From the NCBI RefSeq assembly GCF_022539665.2, contig NC_081333.1, positions 10,540,001 through 10,604,000 on the forward strand: a stretch of 64,000 nt of DNA, given 5' to 3'. The position numbers and the translations under genes were made by a program. Below the pieces are notes generated by a model. That model made no database searches, was not told the origin of the DNA, and saw only the letters and a program-made list of their open reading frames with translations. How positions within the stretch are numbered: position 1 is the stretch's first letter; each line of letters opens with the position of its first letter. Shown piece by piece: positions 53,995 through 64,000 of the stretch. Source of the DNA: Daphnia carinata (Eukaryota).

Positions 53995-54225
53995 TTGTAA
54001 ACCTCAACAATCTTTACTATTACCACAACAGAATCTTCAATTTGGTTTAAATGTTCTTTTGTAACTTTGTCTTAGCAGATTTTTCAACAGTAGCTTTTTG
54101 CCATGTTTAGCTTACATAGCGCTGATTTCAACTGGGGTGCTTGTAGGATTTGTTGTATTGTCAACTTCCTCAGTATGGTTGTCATCATTGTTACTGCTAT
54201 ACTTTTTAATTGGAGACAAGCTTTT
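53995..54225 (-). pseudogene. Decayed LYAR C-terminal domain downstream of the stop of the three-module LYAR-derived gene
   Basis: Translation past the TAG gives EVDNTTNPTSTPVEISAM*AKHGKKLLLKNLLR then, after a frameshift, KVTKEHLNQIEDSVVVIVKIVEV. This aligns by eye to LYAR QANDTINSTGRVDLPAK...AQDDKELPLKKFQKKIIGEYLNRMGDSLCADETVEV. Confidence 0.7.
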
Positions 54226-55717
54226 CTAAGCTTCTTTTTTTACTTTCTTGTTTCCATTGAAAAGGTTCCCATTCACGGGCGCAGCTTTCCTTTTGGTTCC
54301 TTTTTCTGCAACTTCATCTTCTTGTCTCAGTTCATCAACTTTCAGACCCTCAGTTTTCTTATGCTGTTCCAGAATTTCACAAAAGAGACTCCATATTTTT
54401 TCATCTGTTGCAGGATTCACTTGAAAAGTAGGTAAGTTTTGCAAAAATGCCTAATCCATTGAATAAAAATAAAAATCATCTAAGCTGTGCCATTCTATTG
54501 AGACTTAAAATGCTTACCATGAATTTCTTTTGGTTGAGTTTGTTTAGATATCTTGGGATTTTCTCAGCTTGAGCTATGATCTGTAAGCTCTTTGTCAATT
54601 TCTCATCTTTATTATTAACAATTACATTTTCGCAGATAGTCTTCCAGGTCTGTTTTCGCTCTTGTTCTTTTGAACCCATTCTGATTTTTTCACCAATCAT
54701 GCTTTTGGCACTCTTTGTTTGAGTTTCATTCAGGTGTTTCCTAATCAGGTTCCAAAGGCTATCAGTTATGGTTGGATCCACTTTATAAGCCGGGATATTC
54801 ATCAAAAAAGTCTGAAATAAAAAAACAAAAACAACAAAACAATGCCGGTTTTTGATTGCATCATACAACCAGCTATTTAGTTTACCATGAATTTAGGCCT
54901 ATTCATTGAACTCCATTTGCCTTTTTGAGGAATATTTGGGGCATGACTTATTCTCTCAAGATGATTTCTTAGTTCTTCATTGTCACCATTAACTTGCTGT
55001 ACTAAACTTTGAATCATGTTTGTCCATTCTGCATTATCAATAACTTTATTCTTTGCATTTTTTTGTCTGGCTAGTTTTTTTGCTAATTTTCTGGCATTTT
55101 TTTTTTCTTCAAATGATGGTTCTTTCACTTGTGATCTACTTTCCTTCTTCAATTTCATATTAGCTTCGCCAGAAATAACATCATTGGTTGCCTTGTTTCC
55201 ACTTTCTTCAGCTGTGATTTTACGTGCTGCTGTATGTTTTTTATTATCATTTGTTATGTTATTTTTAGCTTTATGTTTACGTTCATCTCTTAGGGCTTTT
55301 GAAACAAGATCCCATGATTGCTCTGAATAAACCAAAATGTAATTAAATTGTGTTTAATACTATTATGATGTAAAAAAATACCGTCTACTTTAGGATTAAC
55401 GTAATAACCATCAATGTTGTTCAAAAATATCTGGAAAATCAATCCCATAGGTTATTAGAGCAGTTTATTCCAAGATTGCAATAAAAACAGCTGTGTACCA
55501 TAAACTTGGGCTTGTTTATTCTATTCCACTTGACTGGGATTTTTTTTGCATCGCCAATTTTTCCAAGTAAACTTGTCAATTCGCCATTTGTGTTATCTAG
55601 ATTTTTAACACAATTTTCAATCAGCGACATCCAAGTTTGCCTCTTACTGTTATTTGGTTTTGCTAAGATCCCTTTCGTAGAAGAACTTTCGGGTTTTGAC
55701 ATCGAGGTGTATTCCAT
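54226..55717 (-). CDS. LYAR-derived protein with three tandem copies of the LYAR central helical module and no zinc fingers (5 predicted coding exons)
   Basis: Three W...L...L..I....(K/N)IP...KFM| units, each followed by a phase-0 intron and an FL.N...V(N/D)P.....W segment. The tail EKGTKRK...NGNKKVKKE matches LYAR ENGIKRK...NGNKKRKTE. Confidence 0.75.
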
Positions 55718-56201
55718 TTTATTGATAAACTGTAGATCACTTAAAAAAACACTAAAGAACTATGGAAAATTCAGTCCTATTTTTATTGAAATAACCACAT
55801 GTCCGCTTAACGACTAACTCAAAAATTGCAGACTATATAAATCGATACGCTGTTGCCGAACTACTTTGACACAGACAGCGCCATAGAACCATAAAATCAT
55901 TATTTCTATTTTTAAATTTTCCAATCGACATTCCCCTAGTTAAATAACAAAAAATATTTAAAATCCCAAACTAGAGAAAAGTCAATCAGCTGTTATGCTA
56001 TTATGAATTTTTGGCTAACTATTATTATATTTTAAAATTGGCACGAACTCAATATGTGTGGCAACGGTGTAGAGTTTATTTAGAACGCTTAGAGTTAGAG
56101 CCCGTCTGCTTCACTCCACGTGTTGTATACTTTTATACCACGTTATACACGTTCCGCAATTATACTTCACACTTCATACAGAAATCATACGTACTTTCAT
56201 C

Positions 56202-56615
56202 ATGGTCCGACATGCACACGCTAAAGTTGAACAATATACCATCGAAAGGAAAGAAAATTGGATGGCAATGCTTAAAGGTATGATCAAATCCGTAGGTGAT
56301 ACTAATGAAGATTTGACAATTGCGCTCGAAAAGTTGTGCCAATCCAAAAAAGTACCCAGGAGATGGATAAAGTTAAACAAGCCTAAATTTGTGGTAATAA
56401 ACTTCTCATTAATTTTGTATTCAGTAAGCTGTCAATTAAATTTTAAATTCTAGAAATTTTTGAAATACCTTCGTTACAAGATTGATCCAAAGGTAGCAGA
56501 CCAGATGTGGGAGATGTTTTCCAAAGCTCTTGAAGTAGAAAAAAAGAAAGAGGAAAAGAAAAAAGCCCCTAAAGTCACAGAAAAAACAGCAAGTGAAGAA
56601 AAAATGGAAAATTGA
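56202..56615 (+). CDS. LYAR-derived small protein (117 aa) with a single central module (exons 56202-56393, 56454-56615)
   Basis: RKENWMAMLKGMIKSVGDTNEDLTIALEKLCQSKKVPRRWIKLNKPKFV|KFLKYLRYKIDPKVADQMWEMFSKALE, with the intron at the same position as in LYAR. Confidence 0.7.
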
Positions 56616-57613
56616 CATACCCTTGTGACAATCCAATTACTGAATAATAAAAGGACAGAAAGCTGAAAAAGTTATTCGAGATTAAGTCTTTTTTTCCTGA
56701 ATTTTGTGTGACATCATGCTTTTCTCTTTGCTTAATTCCAGGCAAGCATCGCTTAACCAATAAAAATATTGATTTCTTTGCTACTTTTTTCCTTACATGT
56801 TTCCTGATTTCTGTAGTTACCAATGCACGCCTTGAATTTGATCATTAGGGCTATCTATCGCAAAAAAAAAAAAATCGTTTGTATTACTCTTTTACGTCGG
56901 AAGTAACGCATGGTTTTTCCCACTAGCATTCCAGTAACATTTAAAAATTGTTCAAAAAATTCAGGTGGTTGTAGAAATGAAAAACTTCCTGAAACAGTTT
57001 TCATTTTTTCACTAGCTTTTCCAGAATTCTTTGATCTCGAAACCTTTAAGTCTATTAGATTACTAAGAAAAAGTATCAAGAAATGTCTTAATGAAGTTCC
57101 CCGTTATAAAAATCCGCCTATGAAGACGAGATAGAATAGGCTTCGACCCCGCGTCACATGGGTAAATTAGACCGATCGGTTGGGTTGTTTGCAATTTTTG
57201 TGCGTTTGTCTGGATAGTGGTTACATAGCCTGATCACAAGCGTTGATTGTCAAATCGATCATAATTCATCGAATTTTGCAATTATTAATGTCATTCATTG
57301 TTAGTAAAATAATCACTGCCCTCTTTTTGGCGGAATAATCGCAACGCAGATTGATTGTGCTGATAAAAAAAATCATTCAGACAACCATTGCTATACGCAC
57401 TTTTCTATCACAACACAACAGTTTTTTCTAATAAAGGGATAAAAAGATAAATTACTGTGGTAGCACATGAAATCAAATAGGCAACAAGTGACCAACGCAG
57501 CTTAGTTTGGCAACGTACCTTTTGAAGTGAACCAAATAGCCTACAGTGCTAACAATTACATAGATCGTTTAATTTGATTATCAATCTCGTCATTGCACAG
57601 AGACAGAGTGGCA

Positions 57614-58803
57614 TCATGAGACAAGCTTGATTTTTTCTTTGTGGATCTTGAATTTAGGATTTTTGGACAATTTCTTCTGGCACTTGGACCACAAAACCTC
57701 AACTGTTTCATCAGCACAAAGAGAATCTCCCATTCGGTTTAAATATTCTCCAATGATTTTTTTTTGAAATTTTTTCAAAGGTAACTCTTTGTCATCCTGA
57801 GCACGTAAAATAATTTTGCCTATTGTGCACCATTTGACTTTCGCTGGTAAATCGACTCTTCCAGTAGAGTTAATAGTATCATTCGCTTGACTGCAAACGT
57901 TTTCGTTCTGGCAATCGACAGGTTCCGTTTTTCTTTTTTTGTTGCCATTGACGGGAATTTTATTTTCAATATCATGTTTTCTCTTGATTCCATTTTCTTC
58001 GTCGGTGGTTTTTTCTTCCAATTTCGTACTGCTATTGTTTACATTGGGTGCTTTGCTAACTCGTAGCTCTTCAAGCCCTTTAGATATCAAATCCCACAAT
58101 TGTTCTAAATACAAAGACAAAATAAGCTTATTGTTGTGTCCTTGTAATCAACTTTAAAAGAAAATTGTGTGTTATATACCAGTTATCCTTGTCGGAGGCA
58201 TGCGATTGCCAAATACATTTTTCAAGAAATTCTGAAATGAGTGGGGGCAGCAAAAAATTATTTATTCTAATAAAATTGCACTCCATGGAAAATTGAATTG
58301 ATTACCATGAATTTGGGCTTTTTCCTTGGGATGTTTTCATGTTGACTAATTCGCTGAAGAGCACTGCTCAGTTCATCATTTGTGTTCCCTACCTTTTCAA
58401 CAAGATTCTGAACCTAAATAAAATATACATATGTTTATACACTATACATATTGCAAGCAAAAGTCTGAATCATGCTTACCATTGCCACCCATTCAGTTTG
58501 TTTTTTCTCATTTTTGTTTTGGTTGGGTTTAGCTACATAGTCTTTCCCAGAATATTTCTCTTCTTCTGACACACATTTGATATGAGCCTTATATTCCTGC
58601 CCTCTATTAAATTTTGTAGCCAAAATACACACTTAAATTGATGTTAATTTCACTACATTAATCTTTGAAAATGTTTCTTACACAAAATCTTTGGAACAAT
58701 CTACACATGACAGATGCTGAGACTTCCTGCATTGATACTGATGTTTTTCCACTTGGTTCTTTTTCACAGAGGTGCCACAACCATTGCAAACAAAAAATAC
58801 CAT
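57614..58803 (-). CDS. LYAR: Cell growth-regulating nucleolar protein LYAR (multi-exon)
   Basis: MVFFVCNGCGTSVKKNQVEKH..C...LSCVDCSKDF, YKAHIKCVSEEEKYSG (two C2HC fingers), KQTEW, NIPRKKPKFM|NFLKN and C-terminal KKLSKNPKF. Confidence 0.95.
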
Positions 58804-59266
58804 TTTCACGTCCAACTAGATGGTCAACTGTCAAGTTTGTGTCGTTTGATAAACACGTGTGGTTCGACTGGCGGAGAGAAGCACATGCTTTACTGCTAGC
58901 CGCTACTTACATTTCATGGAACACGGTTGCCAAATAGACTGTAACATTAAATACCATGACTTTCCTTGATCTGCCCGATCCGTGAATATATTTACGCAAG
59001 CTAGACTAAAGCAAATTTTATAGTTCTATTTGACGGACTCACTTTCGTGTCCGAGGGCCTAACGCCCTTTAAAAAAAGTGGATTAAATATCACAATATTA
59101 AAAAAAAGGTCTACCAGTGGTGTTTACTCATAGATGGCCCTTGATTGGCTTTTTTCGGGACGGAGCCCTTATTACAACAAATACGAGCCGATCGCTACTC
59201 TGTCAAAAGAAAACATGATGAAATTTATTTTTAAGTTTGATTTTACACAGCATACAATAATACATT

Positions 59267-61641
59267 TTAACGCCTGGAATGCAACAAGCGGCTTTTACGC
59301 TCGGCTTCCATTGACTTTGCCCTCTGCCAAAGATCAAAATTTAATTCTGATTTACCGTACGTAATTGCCAATAAACGGGACAAAACAAGCAATAGATGAA
59401 AATCTTCTGTGGACATCGGGTTAGTTTGACCTGGAGCACGACTCTGGATAAAATCCTGTTGAACTGCTTCTTGCATTGTGTCATCGAGTTTAAAGGGTAA
59501 AAGTCTCACTACTGTAAGGTAGTTTCTCATTCGCACAAGCAGTTCGGGATCGCCTTCCACCTTATTAACAAGATCAGGGAACGGACTCCCACGTGATAAG
59601 CTCAGCCTCAGCGGTAGATTTACGTCTGTGGCGACAATAGAACGCCGTTCGGATAGAATCAGAACGGGGATATCGGTATGGAATTCCACTTGATGATAAT
59701 TGAAGTCATATTCAATTTTCTGCCATGACGTGATGTTACCAATCGCGGTGACGTTTCGCACCCCATCTGCGACCAATTGCCCTGACATGTCAAACAAGTG
59801 AAAATATAGCTAAGATTTTCAGAAGGATATGCTTTAAGAGAACTTTTTTAAGAGGTACCTTCTGTCATAGCAGTTTCATCGAGAACTAAGTGTGTTTGAG
59901 AACTAAGTTGAAGACATCCGGCTATTAGTCTGTTTTCTTGGTAGTCTTTCTTTGGAATCATTTGGAGAGTATTTAGATTTTCTAGAGACATTGGTAAGTA
60001 ATGTGCTTTGGTAACAAGACGCTCCAATAAGCTGAATAAGGCACGAGGATAACTTTCTTGAAAAATTCCATTGTCAACTGGAATGTTAGTCAGATTCAAC
60101 GATAATTTGCCAAGGGCCAATGTGTCCTTTCGGCTGTACCTGTAAAAAAAAAAAAACACGTTTAATCGATTGATTAAAAAAATTCCTTAGTTTAAAAAGA
60201 AAACAGTTCTCTACGTTTACTCCTTTCAGATTATATGCCCAAGAATACAGAGGCCAATTAAACTTTAATTTGGCCTCCACCTGATCGGACAAGTTTCCTC
60301 TAGGCAAGATGCAACAAAGGTTCGGTATTATCGGCCGAATTCTGCTGCACTATGCCGAATCTTTTTGCACCCATCGATTACGGAGACTTACACGCGTGAC
60401 ATTAGATGACAGAGGAGATAGTCCGCAGCAAAACGATCTCCTAAGAAGAATTCGGTAAACAGTCCATGAAGTTCGTCACGAACAGTAGTTGATGACGCTG
60501 TCACAATCGTTGTATCTAAATAAAAGAAAATGGCAAACTGTTTACGTGGGAAAGGCTAAGTTAAAAACTAGCACCCACCTTCGACCCATTTTTGTCCGCC
60601 ATGCAAGGGCAAATATGGATTGTTGTGCTCCCATTTTTGAGTGCGAATGCAATGGATTCGGGGGACAACCGATGAAGGAGGTTGGAAATCTTCACGTTCA
60701 TCATCGTCGACTAAGACTCCCGGGGTGTTGAAGGAAAGGACGCCAACCACCTCCATAACATCATTTAAGGGGATCTCATCGTCACTGTATACTTTAACTA
60801 TGCAGCCAACAGACTCGGATGACGGTAGAGGAAAATTTAGTATTTTTTCCAAATTTCCGTTTGTTGCGCTTGCTACGTTGTTGCTTGTACGAGGACAAGG
60901 CCGTTTGTTAGGCTCCCCTTCTTCCATCATTTCACAGTCATCTTGCTCTTCTTCAAAGGTACGCTTCTTTCCAACTAAGAGACTTCTACTGGGCTGCACA
61001 TCAGGAAATTTGTTCTTCTCTCTGAAGATGTGTAACAGTTTGTTAAGGAAATAACAGAAATGATTTTACAAACAAGAACAATTGTATAGTTAAATGAAAA
61101 GGATATTTGTTTAACCCATGGAGTTTCCCCAGGTACTGGCACACAGTAATAGCATGATCTGCTTTCTGTAGAATTCCAGTGAATAACTTCTTCATCAAGC
61201 TAATAAAACAAACTTAATATAACTGGTATTGTCATAAGGTCTAGAACTTCTTACCCCTAGAGACAGTTCATCCTTAAATTTTCCTGTTATGTTTTTTTTA
61301 CATCCAGAAGCTGTGTTCTTTATTAGAGCACCAGAACCATACATTTCCGGACCAAGTTGATCCTGAAACATTCCTCGAAACCTGACCAATTGTCCATGCC
61401 TGAGATCTTTAATGGGCACCTCATTCAGAGAAGGAATGGAAACCCATGCTTCCATATTTGCCATTCTTGAAGTGAAGTAATCATCAACTTCTTTCTCCCA
61501 AGGCGAACGGCCACCATGCTTTTCTATCCATATAGCATGCACAATAAATAAAAGTCATAGCATTATGAAGTAATGAAATTTACCATAGATTTTTTGAATG
61601 ATTTCCTGAGGTGTTTCAAGCCAATTATCCAAAGAAGGCAT
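59267..61641 (-). CDS. MCMBP: Mini-chromosome maintenance complex-binding protein (multi-exon)
   Basis: IPSLN, LVRFRGMFQD, YYCVPVPGETPW, LNFPLP, CIVKVY, PPSSVVPRIH, AADYLLCHL, PKKDYQENRL, THLVLDET, WQKIEYDF. Confidence 0.95.
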
Positions 61642-62080
61642 TGTTCTTCCAGAAAGTGATGAATTGTAACACAGATGTTTACCGGAAATAGTTTCCCGCT
61701 CAACTGCTTTGATGCTGAAGCTGAACTGCACATGCTTGCTTACAGCTGTTTACTTTTACCTGAAGTAAGTAACCTGCCACCTGGAGTGAACAAGAAATTA
61801 TTTTCCAACAATGCAAAATATTTTTAATTTGAACTTTAAAGTACAAGTATGATGTTCAAAAGCAGTAAGAATTTTGCTTTCATTGAAGGATTGAATATTT
61901 TGTCCATAATTATTTCTAAAAAGGAGAAATAGTTACAATTAAATTGAAGATTGTAGGTGGCACTGCTTCCGTGCGTTTTCAACCATTGATGTCAACTTTG
62001 TTTTCGAGAACTTATGCTGTCTGACACCGTGGCAAGAGCGTAGACGAGTCAATCCGGCAAAGTTTTGACAGTCGGCAAAC
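61642..62080. promoter_or_regulatory. Putative bidirectional promoter between MCMBP and MAGT1/TUSC3
   Basis: Divergent start codons about 440 bp apart. Confidence 0.6.
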
Positions 62081-63585
62081 ATGATGACGAATTTTAAGCC
62101 TTCGACATTAGGGCTAACCCTCTTTTTCCTCCTTTTAACCATCGCTAATGTCTCGGAGGGCCAAAAGAAGAAACAGGATGTAAGTCGGGAGTTCAGAAGT
62201 CAGTTTAGGCATTATACTTCATAAGGTATTAAAGCACCTATCATGTTGGATCTCAGGCATCGGGTTTAAACGATCGCTATCAACAAATAATGGATATGAG
62301 TTCCAAACGGACGGTTATTAAGCTTAATGCCAACAGGTATCGAGAGCTAGTCAGAACTTCACCAAGAAACTACTCTGTTGTGGTTATGTTCACGGCATTA
62401 TCACCAAAGCGTCAGTGTGCTATCTGCAAGTATGTATAATAATATAACCATGCTATTACTTTTTTTAAATGATTATATTAAGGAAATAATGTATAATAAA
62501 AATTTTTTTAATTATTTTAGGCATGCATTAGATGAATACACCATAGTAGCCAACTCTTTCCGGTACCAGCAGATGTTCACCAACCACCTTTTCTTTGCCT
62601 TGGTTGATTTTGATGAAGCGCAAGATGTTTTTCAACAGGTTCTTAATTTTTTAATATTTACTATTTCACAAAATTGCTAATCTTGTTGTTTTTCCCCTAG
62701 CTCAAACTGAACACTGCTCCTGTTATCATGCATTTTCCAGCTAAAGGTAAACCAAAGAAGACAGACACTATGGATATTCAAAGAGTGGGTTTTGCTGCTG
62801 AAGCAGTAGCTCGTTGGGTTGGAGAACAAACTGAAATCCAAGTAATATAACATAACATGAAATCAATATTTACCAACTAGTTGGCTACCAAATACCTATT
62901 CATAGATCCGTGTTCTGAGACCGCCAAACTATTCCGCTACCATTGCTCTTGTTGCTCTTTTCACTGTCATTGGAGGGCTATTGTACCTTAGACGGAACAA
63001 TCTGGAATTCTTGTACAACAAAACTATGTGGGCCGTTATGTCGCTGGTAATTATTTATCCTTTTAGATTTTTTCCGAATAGTCGAAAACTATTAACTGAA
63101 AATCTGTTGTCCTTCGTCACAGTTTTTTGTTTTTACTATGACATCCGGTCAAATGTGGAATCATATTCGGGGCCCTCCTTTTGTCCACCGCACTAATGCC
63201 GGCAATATTGCTTACGTCCATGGGTCTTCACAAGGACAATTCGTCTTGGAAACATATATCGTGATGGGAATAAGTAATTCTGCCAAATGCTTGCATTTCT
63301 CAATGTATATTAACGATGTTTTTCCATTCAGCTGCCGTGACAGTGTTGGGCATGATCCTTATCATTGAAGCAGCCTCGGGAAAAGGTGACATACGAAAAA
63401 GAAGGATTATGTCGATCGTCGGCTTGGGTCTCATGGCTTTCTTCTTCAGCTTGATACTCTCTATTTTCCGATCCAAAGCAGGGGGTTATCCTTACAGGTA
63501 AAATTTTAAACATCAGTCGCCTTTTCCTTTTCAGATATAAACCTAATTTGAATAACTTCTTGCTTTCAGCTTCCTATTGAAGTGA
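62081..63585 (+). CDS. MAGT1: Oligosaccharyltransferase gamma subunit (OST3/OST6 family; MAGT1/TUSC3), multi-exon
   Basis: Signal peptide, [13 protein letters not shown], CxxC (RQCAIC), [44 protein letters not shown] and [14 protein letters not shown]. Confidence 0.93.
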
Positions 63586-64000
63586 TTATCTGCAACATGA
63601 CGTCGCTGGTCATAGAAAGCGGAGAAGCAAAACAGATTTAATAATTAAATTTTGAGAGAAGTTTGTGTTTGTATAATCTTGCTTTACCAAATTAAAGTAA
63701 GGATATACGTTGGATTTCAGATTGTTGACTAGAAATTTGTTTAAGTATTCTAGCCCCATATCCAATGAAAATGCGGTAGTGCATCTGAACCGTTTTTTTT
63801 ATTGTATTCTGAACTCATACCATGTGATTTGGAAGTTCCCTTTATAAAGCCGTTTTCAAGTTAGATGTGGCCACAACAAACTAGCCGATTTGTAATAACT
63901 TGAATTGAGCTTCACCTGAAAATGAAGAATTTTCATCATCAAATTTATAAATTGGATCTCCTCTCTAATCGTCTTGCCGCCTGACACACAGTTGGGTAGT

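Noticed and set aside
55016..55330. Antisense ORFs over real exons (also 13589-13918, 23595-24224, 39301-39600, 60641-61054)
   Set aside because: Shadow frames of genuine coding sequence on the opposite strand.
58850..59068. RNase MRP, U11, U1 or telomerase RNA assignment (GGAAAGTC and AACCACACG on the minus strand; TACTTAC/ATACCATGA and CCTAAC on the plus strand)
   Set aside because: Only short motif matches; spacing and terminal helices do not fit, and CCTAAC is too short for a template and lies in a hairpin.

Overview
Eukaryotic, AT-rich, gene-dense genomic DNA with many short (about 55-110 nt) GT-AG introns. The style and gene content suggest a cladoceran crustacean such as Daphnia (inference only). 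In order: about 10 kb of non-coding sequence before the last exon of a LURAP1/FAM89-like adaptor (+); MUTYH (-) head-to-head with IGHMBP2 (+), which carries a complete antisense alkaline phosphatase gene in a 4.2-kb intron; TMEM120 (+); a 2.2-kb modular palindromic repeat; a BC-box/LRR gene (+); tweety (-); NUDCD3 (-); fumarase (+); a classical calpain (+) with several candidate alternative first exons; a second copy of the palindromic repeat family; two LYAR-derived genes built only from the LYAR central helical module (three copies and one copy) beside intact LYAR (-); MCMBP (-); and MAGT1/TUSC3 (+). The most unusual signals are the LYAR-module gene cluster with a fossil C-terminal domain, the repeat family made of chained palindromes with an invariant GAAGGCTATAGCCTTC core, the nested phosphatase, and back-to-back tRNA-like elements in MUTYH intron 1. 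All gene calls rest on manual motif recognition and splice-site reading; no database searches were run.
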